The translations under genes were made by a program, and so were the position numbers. DNA of 64,000 nt from Fibrobacter sp. (GTDB lineage Bacteria; Fibrobacterota; Fibrobacteria; Fibrobacterales; Fibrobacteraceae), in contig JAKSIG010000004.1 of the NCBI GenBank assembly GCA_024398955.1, positions 11,539 to 75,538 on the forward strand, given 5' to 3'. Positions 10,308-19,868 of the stretch are shown here, piece by piece. A model generated the notes under the pieces. The model searched no databases, had not been told where the DNA came from, and worked only from the letters and a program-made list of their open reading frames with translations. Within the stretch, counting starts at the first letter, position 1; each line of letters begins with the position of its first letter.

Positions 10308-11942
10308 ATGGAATTCAAGTACGAAGCCACCGTGCAGCACACCGGTGATACCACTGAATATGTCAATCTCGGCAAGGAAGGCGTTTCCGTCGCCGAATTC
10401 GAAGGCAAGAAGATCCTGAAGGTTGAGAAGAGTGCCCTCACCAAGATCGCCCAGGCCGCTTTCGAAGAAGTCAGCTTCCGCCTTCGCCCGGCTCACACCG
10501 CCAAGGTGGCTAAGATCCTCCAGGATCCCGAAGCTTCCGACAACGACAAGTTCGTGGCTCTCACCCTCCTGAAGAACGCATGCGTTGCCGCCAAGGGCGT
10601 GCTCCCGTTCTGCCAGGACACCGGTACCGCCATCTGCGTTGCCCACAAGGGCCAGCAGGTCTGGACTGGCTGCGATGACTTCGAAGCAATTTCCGAAGGT
10701 ATCTTCAATGCCTACACCACCAAGAACCTCCGCTACAGCCAGATCGCTCCTCTGACCATGTACGAAGAAAAGAACACCGCCTGCAACCTGCCGGCTCAGA
10801 TCGACATCCACGCCGAAGAAGGTGCCGACATGAAGTTCCTCTTCGTTGCCAAGGGCGGTGGCTCTGCCAACAAGACTTACTACTGGCCCATGACCAAGGC
10901 CCTCCTCACCCCGAAGAACCTTGAAAAGTTCATCTCCGAAAAGGTGAAGACTCTCGGTACTGCTGCTTGCCCGCCGTACCACCTGGCTATCGTCATCGGC
11001 GGTACTTCTGCTGAAATGAATACCCACACCGTTAAGCTTGCTAGCTGCGGTTACTACGATGACCTTCCGACTACAGGTTCCGAAGGCGGCCGTATGTTCC
11101 GTGACTTGGAAATGGAAGAAAAGGTTCTTCACATTTGCCAGAAGACAGGCATTGGCGCACAGTTCGGCGGTAAGTACCTCGTTCATGACGTTCGCGTAAT
11201 CCGTTGCCCGCGCCACGCTGCAAGCTGCCCGGTTTCCATCGGCGTTTCTTGCTCCGCTGACCGTAACATCAAGGCTAAGATCGACGAAAACGGCCTCTGG
11301 CTCGAAAAGATGGAACACAATCCGGAACAGTACCTGCCGAAGGGCGAAGCAAAGATCGCCGCTGCAGTGGAAATCGACCTTGACCGTCCCATGAAGGATG
11401 TCTGCGCCGAACTGACCAAGTACCCGGTTGCAACTCGCCTGAACCTGAAGGGTACCATGATCGTGGCTCGCGATATGGCTCACGCAAAGATTGCTGAAAT
11501 CTTCGACAAGCAGGAAGCAGGTCAGGAACTGACCGATGTAGAAAAGAAGGTTCTGGAAGTTGTTTCCAACCATCCGATCTACTACGCCGGCCCGGCCAAG
11601 ACTCCGGAAGGCATGCCCACCGGTTCCTTCGGTCCTACCACTGCTGGCCGTATGGACCCCTACGTGATGCGCTTCCAGAGCAAGGGTGCCTCCATGATCA
11701 TGGTGGCCAAGGGTAACCGTTCTCAGGACGTTACCGACGCTTGCCAGAAGTTTGGCGGCTTCTACCTGGGCTCCATCGGCGGTCCGGCTGCAATCCTCGC
11801 TGAACAGAACATCCTGTCCAACGACATCGTGGCCTTCCCGGAACTGGGCATGGAAGCAATCCGCAAGATCACTATCAAGAACTTCCCCGCCTTCATCCTC
11901 GTTGATGACAAGGGCAACGACTTCTTTAAGGGACTTCTTTAG
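10308..11942 (+). CDS. fumA: Fumarate hydratase class I (Fe-S)
   Basis: [34 protein letters not shown] and VDDKGNDFF motifs. Confidence 0.95.
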   Translation: MEFKYEATVQHTGDTTEYVNLGKEGVSVAEFEGKKILKVEKSALTKIAQAAFEEVSFRLRPAHTAKVAKILQDPEASDNDKFVALTLLKNACVAAKGVLPFCQDTGTAICVAHKGQQVWTGCDDFEAISEGIFNAYTTKNLRYSQIAPLTMYEEKNTACNLPAQIDIHAEEGADMKFLFVAKGGGSANKTYYWPMTKALLTPKNLEKFISEKVKTLGTAACPPYHLAIVIGGTSAEMNTHTVKLASCGYYDDLPTTGSEGGRMFRDLEMEEKVLHICQKTGIGAQFGGKYLVHDVRVIRCPRHAASCPVSIGVSCSADRNIKAKIDENGLWLEKMEHNPEQYLPKGEAKIAAAVEIDLDRPMKDVCAELTKYPVATRLNLKGTMIVARDMAHAKIAEIFDKQEAGQELTDVEKKVLEVVSNHPIYYAGPAKTPEGMPTGSFGPTTAGRMDPYVMRFQSKGASMIMVAKGNRSQDVTDACQKFGGFYLGSIGGPAAILAEQNILSNDIVAFPELGMEAIRKITIKNFPAFILVDDKGNDFFKGLL

Positions 11943-11972
11943 TAGTCGTTAAATCGGCATTTTGCTGAAATC

Positions 11973-12191
11973 TGGACTCCAAATGTGGTTTGATAGCCTG
12001 TTTGGAGTCCATTTTTTTATGTTGTTCGTGCTTTAGTGTGTGGCTGTGACGAGTAGGTGGACTCCAACTGTCGAAAAATCAAAAAATGGAGTCCATTCTA
12101 TAGATGCAAATTCACACCAAAATCGAAAAGCTGTATAGTTTGTTTGTAAAAATGGACTCCAAATTGAACAAAGTTCGTGACTTGGAGTCCA
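11973..12191. repeat. Six-palindrome element, copy 1 (three TGGACTCCA-N20/21-TGGAGTCCA pairs)
   Basis: 9-mers start at 11973, 12003, 12058, 12087, 12153 and 12183. Confidence 0.9.
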
Positions 12192-12262
12192 AAAAACAAA
12201 AAAAATAACCCCGTCGGTTCGCATCTACGCCGGCGGAGTGTTTTTTTATTAAATTTGGCGTC

Positions 12263-13258
12263 ATGAAAAAGATTTCTCTTACCGGTATCAAGCCGACAGG
12301 CACTCCGCACCTCGGCAACTATGTGGGCGCTATCCGCCCGGCTCTTGAACTTACCAAGACCTATGATGCAGTTTACTTCATTGCAGACTATCACGCTCTG
12401 ACTACCGTGCAGAACGGTGCAGAAATGCGCGACAACATCTACAAGGTCGCAGCCACCTGGCTTGCCCTGGGCCTGAATCCGGAAGAAACCCTGTTCTACA
12501 AGCAGAGCGACATTCCCGAAATCTTTGAACTGAGCTGGGCTCTCAGCTGCTTTACCCCCAAGGGCTTCATGAACCGCGCCCACGCCTACAAGGACAAGGT
12601 GGCAAAGAACGAAGCCGCCGGCGAAGACGTTGACGCCAACGTGAACATGGGCCTTTACTGCTATCCTTGCTTGATGGATGCTGACATCCTCATGTTCAAT
12701 GCCGACATCGTTCCCGTTGGCAAGGACCAGAAGCAGCATGTGGAATTTGCCCGCGATATCGCCATCAAGTTCAACAAGCATTTTGGCGAAGATGTGTTCA
12801 CCGTTCCTGAACCGGTTTTCCAGGAATCCACCGGCGTGATCCCGGGTCTCGACGGTCGCAAGATGAGCAAGTCCTACGACAACTACATCGACATCTTCCT
12901 GGATTCCAAGGCTTTGAAGAAGCGCCTGGGCAAGATCGTTACCAACTCCCAGGGCATCGAAGAACCTAAGGATCCGGATACCTGCAACGTGTTCAAGCTG
13001 TACAAGCTGTTCGCAACTCCGGAACAGACCGAAGCTCTGGCTGCCCGCTACCGCGCAGGTGGCATGGGCTGGGGCCACGCCAAGCAGGAACTGCAGAACG
13101 TCCTCGAAGAACATCTGGGTGCCGCCCGCGAAAAGTACTTCGACCTTCTGGCCCACACCGAAGAAATCGACAAGATTCTCGCCTACGGTAAGGAAAAGGC
13201 CCGCGTCAAGTCCAAGGCAATGATGGATAAGGTCCGTCAGCTGCTGGGAACCTACTAA
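12263..13258 (+). CDS. trpS: Tryptophanyl-tRNA synthetase
   Basis: TGIKPTGTPHLGNY (HIGH-like), VPVGKDQKQH and KMSKS motifs. Confidence 0.97.
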   Translation: MKKISLTGIKPTGTPHLGNYVGAIRPALELTKTYDAVYFIADYHALTTVQNGAEMRDNIYKVAATWLALGLNPEETLFYKQSDIPEIFELSWALSCFTPKGFMNRAHAYKDKVAKNEAAGEDVDANVNMGLYCYPCLMDADILMFNADIVPVGKDQKQHVEFARDIAIKFNKHFGEDVFTVPEPVFQESTGVIPGLDGRKMSKSYDNYIDIFLDSKALKKRLGKIVTNSQGIEEPKDPDTCNVFKLYKLFATPEQTEALAARYRAGGMGWGHAKQELQNVLEEHLGAAREKYFDLLAHTEEIDKILAYGKEKARVKSKAMMDKVRQLLGTY

Positions 13259-13310
13259 TAGCTGCTTTTAGTGGCCGCGAAAGTAGCGAAAGTCGTCAAA
13301 TCGCAGAAAT

Positions 13311-13529
13311 TGGACTCCAACTCCGAAGAAAAACCGGATTTGGAGTCCATTTTTTTATGTTGTATGTACGGCCGAGGGCGAGTTTGCTTGCTGGATGGAC
13401 TCCAAACGAAAGTTTTTACGAAAATGGAGCCCATGTGCAACGCCTGAACCCCCAAAAATAGACTTGATTGTGTTATTTTGTTTGTAAAACTGGGCTCCGA
13501 ATTATGGAATTAGGCCCGATTGGAGTCCA
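13311..13529. repeat. Six-palindrome element, copy 2 (same orientation as copy 1)
   Basis: 9-mers start at 13311, 13341, 13396, 13425, 13491 and 13521, the same spacing as copy 1. Confidence 0.9.
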
Positions 13530-13557
13530 TTTCTCGCCTTATCCTGAGATTTCCTGC

Positions 13558-13612
13558 GTCATCCTGAGGAGCGAAGCCTCGCGATTGTCATTCCCGGCTT
13601 TGACCGGGAATC
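13558..13612. repeat. REP-like palindromes GTCATCCTGAG..GCGAAG and GTCATTCCCGGCTTTGACCGGGAATC
   Basis: Two adjacent GTCAT-initiated units; the second is an ATTCCCGG/CCGGGAAT hairpin. Confidence 0.6.
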
Positions 13613-13777
13613 TGGCTAATCGAAAAGCATGTTTTACAATACCTCTCGACATGTATTAATTGTCCGAAACATCGCTTTTTTTAAACTTCCTGTTTCACTT
13701 CAGGGAGTTTTTCTTTTTATCTGATGTTTCAGGATTTTTTTTTGACTAGAGTCACGCAGTTTTTATAACTTGTAGCT

Positions 13778-14683
13778 ATGCGGAGTTTGGTTCTTGTCTT
13801 ATTGCTTGCATTCTATGCGCTCGCTGCTGATGCTGCGGACAGCGTTGCTGTTGCAATTATAGATTCAACTAAATCCGTTGATTCAATAAAAAATGAAGGC
13901 TCTGCTGAAGGCGTGGAAAATTTCAATAAGAATATTCCTTTACCTCGTCAGACGGCTTATACGGGCAAAGGTCTATCCATAGGTTTTGGTGCAGGAATTT
14001 TCAACCCGACGGAAGATTGCGATTGCATGGGTGTCTGGCAGGGGCAGCTGGAGTACTTTTATGCGGATTGGATTAGTGCAGGCATCGATGGTCGTTTTTT
14101 TGGAGGCGATCTAGATAGCGATGTAATGGTCATGTATCAGCGCTACCGCACCAATGTCAGATTCCATAAGGCCTGGAATAATTTGGATTTGTTTGTGGAA
14201 CAGGTCTTTTCTTTTGAAAATACGAGTATTTCGGAACTTCGTGATCAGCTAGAAAGTCGCGGACGCTATTCTGAAAAGGTAACAGCTGATTCTGCCTCTG
14301 TGGATGTTGATGGCGCAGAATCAGTAGAGGTATCCCCAGCGGATTCTTCTAGTGAGGAATTCCAAAAACGCCATAAGGAATCCTGTGAACGAATGCTTTC
14401 GCTAGATGGATTTTCTATTGGCTTGGGTGCAGGTTTTGGTTTGAACGTGTCTCGTTTGTGGGGCTTTACGGGTTCAGCCCTGTTTGAATACAACTTTTCC
14501 AACGTTATGGAACTTTCTCTGGTTCCTGGAGTGGCGTTTAATTTGCGGGAAGTTTGGCCCTGGGCCCGTAAAAATCTGCTTTCGATGTGGATTGTGGGGG
14601 AATTTGGACTTCAACGGTACTTTAACAGAGGTGTTGGTGAATGGTCCAATTATGGACTTTTGGGCTTTCAATTGGGAATTTAG
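13778..14683 (+). CDS. Hypothetical exported protein, probable outer-membrane beta-barrel
   Basis: Signal peptide, alternating aromatic/Gly strands, C-terminal GFQLGI. Confidence 0.65.
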   Translation: MRSLVLVLLLAFYALAADAADSVAVAIIDSTKSVDSIKNEGSAEGVENFNKNIPLPRQTAYTGKGLSIGFGAGIFNPTEDCDCMGVWQGQLEYFYADWISAGIDGRFFGGDLDSDVMVMYQRYRTNVRFHKAWNNLDLFVEQVFSFENTSISELRDQLESRGRYSEKVTADSASVDVDGAESVEVSPADSSSEEFQKRHKESCERMLSLDGFSIGLGAGFGLNVSRLWGFTGSALFEYNFSNVMELSLVPGVAFNLREVWPWARKNLLSMWIVGEFGLQRYFNRGVGEWSNYGLLGFQLGI

Positions 14684-14819
14684 CCCCGAACTGCCCCTTC
14701 TGGTTAGGGGAAATGTTTGACAAAATAGCTGTTTTTTCTATATTTGGACCACCGATTTTATCGGAACCCTCCCGGGGCCAATGTTGGTAACCTGGGCGAA
14801 AGACCAAAGGGATCTCATT

Positions 14820-15188
14820 ATGAGACAGTATGAAACTATGGTGATCATCGACGCTATGATCTCTGACGACGCCATCAAGGCCGAAATCGAGACCATCGCC
14901 GCTGCAATCACTAAGGGTGGCGAAATTGTTCGTCGCGATGATTGGGGCAAGCGTAAGCTCGCTTATTCTATCAACAAGCGCCAGCACGGCTTCTATGTTA
15001 TCTTCTACTACAAGGCAGAAGTTGCAACTGTTGCCGCTATGGAAGCAGCTCTCAAGCTCAATGAAAACGTTCTCCGTTGGATGACCCTCGCTGATTATCC
15101 GATGACTGAAATCGTTTACAATGCAGACATGGCTCAGTCTACCGAAGAAATCGTTCCGGTTGACGCAGAAGAAGGGGAGGCTGAATAA
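14820..15188 (+). CDS. rpsF: 30S ribosomal protein S6
   Basis: MRQYETMVI...[12 protein letters not shown]; start at ATG 14820. Confidence 0.97.
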   Translation: MRQYETMVIIDAMISDDAIKAEIETIAAAITKGGEIVRRDDWGKRKLAYSINKRQHGFYVIFYYKAEVATVAAMEAALKLNENVLRWMTLADYPMTEIVYNADMAQSTEEIVPVDAEEGEAE

Positions 15189-15439
15189 TGGCTTTTGAAG
15201 ATAAGAAGCAGGCAACCCGTATCCGTCGCAAGAAGACTTGCTGGTTCACCGAAAACAACGTTCAGTTCATTGACTACAAGGATGAAAAGACTCTCCGTCG
15301 CTTCATCTCTGAACGTGGCAAGATCATTCCTCGCCGCATCTCTGGCACCTCCGCTAAGTATCAGCGTATGCTGAACGAAGCTATCAAGCGTGCTCGTCAG
15401 ATGGCTATTCTTCCGTTCGTTTCGGACAGCATGCGCTAA
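15188..15439 (+). CDS. rpsR: 30S ribosomal protein S18
   Basis: IDYKD...[15 protein letters not shown]...AIKRAR. Confidence 0.97.
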   Translation: MAFEDKKQATRIRRKKTCWFTENNVQFIDYKDEKTLRRFISERGKIIPRRISGTSAKYQRMLNEAIKRARQMAILPFVSDSMR

Positions 15440-15454
15440 TAGGAGGCACTAACC

Positions 15455-15904
15455 ATGGATATTATTCTTAAGGCTAACGTACCTCACCTCGGTAAGATGC
15501 TCGACGTCGTGAAGGTTAAGAATGGTTATGCAAATAACTACCTCTTCCCTCGCAAGCTCGCTGTTCGCGCTACCAAGGAAGCTATCGCTGAAATCGAAAA
15601 CAACCGCGCTGCTGTTGAAGCTGCATTCCAGAAGGAATTGGCTGCTGCTGGCGACGTAGCTGCAAAGCTCTCTCAGATTTCTGTGAACATGGAACGCCGC
15701 GTTGTTGAAGGCGAACGTCTGTACGGTTCTGTATCCGCATCTGACATCGCTGAAGCAATCACCAAGCAGGGTGTCAAGGTGACCCGTGCTCAGGTTGAAC
15801 TGGCTGAACCCATCAAGCAGCTGGGTGTCTACACCGTGACCATCAAGGTCTTCGGTGACGTAGAAGCTCAGGTTAAGGTTTGGGTCGTTAAGGAACAGGC
15901 ATAA
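15455..15904 (+). CDS. rplI: 50S ribosomal protein L9
   Basis: VKVKNGYANNYLFP, LYGSVS and PIKQLG motifs; AGGAGG RBS. Confidence 0.97.
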   Translation: MDIILKANVPHLGKMLDVVKVKNGYANNYLFPRKLAVRATKEAIAEIENNRAAVEAAFQKELAAAGDVAAKLSQISVNMERRVVEGERLYGSVSASDIAEAITKQGVKVTRAQVELAEPIKQLGVYTVTIKVFGDVEAQVKVWVVKEQA

Positions 15905-15950
15905 GCCGAGTGTTGCAAAATCGAGCTCGCTCGATTTTATAACCGAGGCG
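15903..15950. repeat. REP-like element AAGCCGAGTGTTGC-hairpin-ATAACCGAGGC
   Basis: A related copy lies at 37197-37239 with a different internal hairpin. Confidence 0.55.
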
Positions 15951-16010
15951 CAAGGCCGGACGCGCAGCGTCCACAGGCTTAACCGCTTTTCTTTAAAGAC
16001 TGGATCTTTG

Positions 16011-16043
16011 GAACCGTTCCTTTTGGGGACGGTTCTTTTTTTT
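16011..16043 (+). terminator. Rho-independent terminator of the rpsF-rpsR-rplI operon
   Basis: GAACCGTTCC-TTTTG-GGGACGGTTC followed by a T-run. Confidence 0.75.
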
Positions 16044-16110
16044 GCGTTTTTTACGGTATGCAAGCCTTGCTCGGTTGGCGTGGATCGGCTCAGTTTTCTA
16101 CTTTTATAAT

Positions 16111-17805
16111 ATGCGCAAATTTGCATTGATTCCTGTTATTAAAGTAATGGCCATTGCGGCCAGCTTATTGGCTGCTCAATCCTTTGCTCAGCCTAGAGAC
16201 TTGTTTGCTGAATTTGAAGAAGAAGCCGCTGCTGCAGATGCTGCCGCGGAAGAGGCCGCTGCTGCAGATGCTGCCGCGGAAAAGGCTGCTGCCGAGAAGA
16301 AGGCCGCCGAAGAGAAGGCCGCTGCCGAAAAGAAGGCTGCCGAAGAAAAGGCCGCCGCCGAGAAGAAGGCTGCCGCGGAAAAGGCTGCTGCCGAGAAGAA
16401 GGCTGCCGAAGAAAAGGCCGTTGCCGAGAAGAAGGCCGCCGAAGAAAAGGCCGCTGCCGAAAAGAAGGCTGCTGAAGAAAAGGCTGCTGCAGACAAGGCT
16501 GCCGCTGATAGTATTGCCGCAGCAAAGGCGTACGAGGAACAAGAAGCTATGGCAAGGCGAGCTGCAGAAGAAAAGAAGGCTGCCATGGCACGATCTGCTG
16601 CCGATGGAGCAGCCCAGATGGCAGAAGAAGCTCGAGCCGCTGCAGACAGCTCTGCTAACGATCCTCAGGCAGACCCATACGAGGGAATGGACCGCAACGA
16701 AATGTATGCTCGCGAAATGCAGCGCATCAGTGATTCTCTGCAGTACATCAGTGACTCCATTGCAGTCGCCCAGATGGATGCCGACAGCATTGCCGCTGTA
16801 GAAAAGGCAAAGAACGACAGCATTCAGGCCTACAACGATTCTTTGCAAATGGCGAATGCAAGCAGTTCCTCTGCAGTCATTCCATCTTCTAGTTCCATGA
16901 GTCGCCGTGATTTGCTTGGCCCCGTAAAAGTTTCTAAGGTAAATGGACTGGACGACATGAAGGGCAAGTATAAGAGCCCCCGCAAGGCAATGTTCATGTC
17001 TCTCGTAATTCCTGGCGCCGGACAGATGTACGTGGGCGGGTCCACCTTCACGTTCGTGCGCGGTGGCGTTTACCTGGCTTTGGAAGCTGCTCTGTGGGGT
17101 AGCTGGTACTACTTCTCCGTTTATAAGTACGATCAACAGGTTGACAAGTACAAGAAGTTTGCCAAGAACCATTTCTCTATTGGTCGTTACGAATTGGGAA
17201 TGAGGGACCTGTATAACGCAGATGCCGTGAACTATGAATCCGAGTTCCGTTCTCGTTATTTTGGCTCTCGTGAGTCCTTCTGTGAAGGCATTTTTGGCGA
17301 TGCCAAGATGCATGGCTGCTATGATCGTTCTAAGCTTTACCATAACGACGTTGAGTACATGAATGATTTCGTCAAAAACCCAAAGAGCCTGGGCAGCGAA
17401 ATGAAGAAATTTGATTTCGACGATCCGTCTGTCGTGTTCCAGCAGGTGGCTGATGACGCCTATGTTCTTGGTTGGGACGACGTGGCTGATGAAGCTGTGG
17501 CGAATAACCTGGGCCTAGAGGATCCGAACTCTAGTACGGTTTCCTTGGGCAAATCCAGCAACCAGGAAAAATACCGCGATCTTCGCGGCAAGGCAAATGA
17601 CTATGCTGACATGCAGGCCTGGTTCTTTGGCGGCATTATTTTGAATCACATCGTTTCTGCTGTGGATGCGGCTCTTACGGCCCACTCTCACAATAAGGCT
17701 CTCTATCAGGAGGATCTTTCCTGGTACGACCATCTGCATTTTGATGGCGGAGTGTTCCTTCGTGAAGGCGTTGGTGTGAATGTGCAGGCTAACTGGGGTT
17801 TCTAA
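16111..17805 (+). CDS. Exported protein with TolA-like AEKKAA repeats and a DUF5683-like C-terminal region
   Basis: Signal peptide, long AAEKKAAEEK repeat, KSPRKAMFMSLVIPGAGQMYVG motif, terminal WGF. Start is uncertain (16111 or 16148). Confidence 0.7.
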   Translation: MRKFALIPVIKVMAIAASLLAAQSFAQPRDLFAEFEEEAAAADAAAEEAAAADAAAEKAAAEKKAAEEKAAAEKKAAEEKAAAEKKAAAEKAAAEKKAAEEKAVAEKKAAEEKAAAEKKAAEEKAAADKAAADSIAAAKAYEEQEAMARRAAEEKKAAMARSAADGAAQMAEEARAAADSSANDPQADPYEGMDRNEMYAREMQRISDSLQYISDSIAVAQMDADSIAAVEKAKNDSIQAYNDSLQMANASSSSAVIPSSSSMSRRDLLGPVKVSKVNGLDDMKGKYKSPRKAMFMSLVIPGAGQMYVGGSTFTFVRGGVYLALEAALWGSWYYFSVYKYDQQVDKYKKFAKNHFSIGRYELGMRDLYNADAVNYESEFRSRYFGSRESFCEGIFGDAKMHGCYDRSKLYHNDVEYMNDFVKNPKSLGSEMKKFDFDDPSVVFQQVADDAYVLGWDDVADEAVANNLGLEDPNSSTVSLGKSSNQEKYRDLRGKANDYADMQAWFFGGIILNHIVSAVDAALTAHSHNKALYQEDLSWYDHLHFDGGVFLREGVGVNVQANWGF

Positions 17806-18515
17806 TGAAAGTTCTTCAAGTGCTTTTACTTGCAGTTGCGGTCGCCTTTTCTCAGGTGGTCGTTACTGTTGATGAAAGCGTTTCCAAGAATACAGGAAAG
17901 AGCTGGTGGAAGGCTGTAGGAGCTTCTGCCTTGCTTCCCGGTATGGGTGAACTTTACTTAGGCGAACAACAGTTTGTGCGTCCTTTTGTCTGGACTGATG
18001 CTGCCTTGTGGGTTACGGCTTTGGGCTCTTACTTTATAGGGGAGCGTTATGTGACTTCCGCTCATAACTATGCCGTTCGGCATGCTGGCCTGAACAGCGG
18101 TAGCAAGAACATTGATATGCTGAATACCGTTGGCGATTATCGCAGCCGAAGCGGTGTGGCTGGCCAGAATTCCTCTCCGGATATGGACGAGGACTACAAC
18201 CAGGCCATGTTACGTTCAGGCAAGAAAATTGATGAAGACCTTGATGCCTGCATTCAGTGGGACTGGGGTAGTTCCGATAATCCAGAAACCTCGGCTCATA
18301 TTGATGAGTATAAAAGCCGCCTGCGTCACTATCGTGTAAGCCGTATCGTATTTCAGGCCAGTGTGGGTGCCTTGGCTTTAAATCGTGTGGTGTCTATGCT
18401 GAATTCTGTACGTGTTTATCGTAAGACTTCTTCTAAGTCGTTTACAGAAAGAATGGAGTTCGTGCCGGAATTTTTTGAGGATGGTAGCGGTCTTTTAATG
18501 AACGTGAAATTTTAG
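17805..18515 (+). CDS. Exported DUF5683-like protein, paralogous to the C-terminal half of the upstream gene
   Basis: KSWWKAVGASALLPGMGELYLG motif; TAATG overlap; terminal VKF. Confidence 0.7.
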   Translation: MKVLQVLLLAVAVAFSQVVVTVDESVSKNTGKSWWKAVGASALLPGMGELYLGEQQFVRPFVWTDAALWVTALGSYFIGERYVTSAHNYAVRHAGLNSGSKNIDMLNTVGDYRSRSGVAGQNSSPDMDEDYNQAMLRSGKKIDEDLDACIQWDWGSSDNPETSAHIDEYKSRLRHYRVSRIVFQASVGALALNRVVSMLNSVRVYRKTSSKSFTERMEFVPEFFEDGSGLLMNVKF

Positions 18516-18559
18516 TTTAACCATGCAACGGAGAGTGTTTCGGAGCATCTAAAGAACGT

Positions 18560-19741
18560 ATGAAAGATTTTTTTAGAAAAACGCCTGTAGATACTTCGCT
18601 TGTTAGAGCTGTTGTCTCTGTTTTTGTTGCTTTTGTTTTTTGTGTGTTTGCTGCCGGCTGCGGTGACGAGGCTCCTGGTTCGAAGGTCCCGAATTTTAAG
18701 GGCCCCGATGCGAAAAGCGCTGGTGCTGCAAAAGCTGACGCCGCAAAGGGTGGTGCCGGTGGCCGCGGTGGCAAGACATTTGCAGTAGAAGGATATATTG
18801 CGGAAACCCATAAGCCCAGTGGCGCCTTTCAGACTATGGCGACCTTAGAGGCCTTGAATCGTGTGGAATTGTCTGCCGCGGCAAATGGCCGTTTGATTAG
18901 CCTTATGGCGAAGGATGGCGCTTCTGTTCAGAAGGGAACTCTCCTGGCGAAGATTGACGATTCAGAATTGAAGGCTCAACTGAAACAGGCCGAGTCTAGC
19001 CAACAGCTGGCCCGACAGAAGATGGATCGCACCAAAAGTCTTGTCGAAAAGAATGCGGCCACTCAGGCTGATCTTGAAGCAGCCGAAGCGTCATTGAAAT
19101 CTGCCGATGCAAGCATTGAACTGATTAAGGCTCAGATTGCAAAGACTGAAGTGCGGGCTCCTTTTAGTGGAAAGTTGGGCTTTGTGAATGTTTCTGTTGG
19201 CGCCTGGGTAACGACAGGAACCTCTATTGTGACTCTCAGTGAAGTTAACAAGTTAAAGGCAAGGTTCGCTTTGCCGCAACGTTATGCAACCACGCTCAAG
19301 GTTGGCGATCCCATTGTCTTGATAGACGAAGAACGCGCCTTGCAGAAGACTGGTAAGGTTTCTGCTCTTGATGCAACTATTTCTGAAAGCAGTCGTACTC
19401 GCCAGATTCTGGTGACTGTGGACAATTCCAAGGGCGAACTGATTGCTGGTGGCTATGCTAAGGTAAGTGTGCAGTTGCAGTCGGGTAGAACTCAGACCAT
19501 TCCTGTTCCCGCAGAAGCCCTTACCCTGGATAAGGATGGCGCCTTTGTCTATGTTGTTCGTGAAGGAAAGGCTTCTGTGGCCCGCGTAGAAACGGGGCTT
19601 CGTACACCTATCGCCGTGGATGTGATTTCTGGTCTGAACGAGGGCGATACCGTGATTACTTCGGGGCTTATAAGCATCCGTCAGGGTAGTGCGGTACGTA
19701 TTCGTGAAATTCGTAACAATACCGACTACGAAGTGGACTAA
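18560..19741 (+). CDS. RND efflux periplasmic adaptor (membrane fusion protein)
   Basis: VQKGTLLAKID, EVRAPFSG and GLNEGDTVITSG motifs. Confidence 0.93.
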   Translation: MKDFFRKTPVDTSLVRAVVSVFVAFVFCVFAAGCGDEAPGSKVPNFKGPDAKSAGAAKADAAKGGAGGRGGKTFAVEGYIAETHKPSGAFQTMATLEALNRVELSAAANGRLISLMAKDGASVQKGTLLAKIDDSELKAQLKQAESSQQLARQKMDRTKSLVEKNAATQADLEAAEASLKSADASIELIKAQIAKTEVRAPFSGKLGFVNVSVGAWVTTGTSIVTLSEVNKLKARFALPQRYATTLKVGDPIVLIDEERALQKTGKVSALDATISESSRTRQILVTVDNSKGELIAGGYAKVSVQLQSGRTQTIPVPAEALTLDKDGAFVYVVREGKASVARVETGLRTPIAVDVISGLNEGDTVITSGLISIRQGSAVRIREIRNNTDYEVD

Positions 19742-19750
19742 GGCTTCGCC

Positions 19751-19862
19751 AATTACCAATTACAAGTTATGAATTACGAGAGAACGAAGATAGATGCTAT
19801 TGAAAAAAATGCTAATCTGCATAGACAATTTCTCGTAATTCGTAATTCATAATTCATAACTG
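19751..19862. repeat. Inverted clusters of heptamer repeats between adaptor and RND genes
   Basis: aattaccaattacaagttatgaattacgag...ctcgtaattcgtaattcataattcataact; same family as 10222-10288. Confidence 0.65.
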
Positions 19863-19868
19863 ATAAAA

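Noticed and set aside
11973-12191. CRISPR array interpretation of the TGGASTCCA repeats
   Set aside because: The repeats are only 9 bp, alternate in orientation and have unequal gaps (21/46/20/57/21). No cas genes are present in the window.
12192-12262. T-box or attenuator upstream of trpS
   Set aside because: No T-box consensus or Trp leader peptide; the hairpin precedes the promoter-like motif and more likely terminates the upstream transcript.
10266-13156. 435-aa and 352-aa minus-strand ORFs
   Set aside because: Antisense shadows of fumA and trpS.
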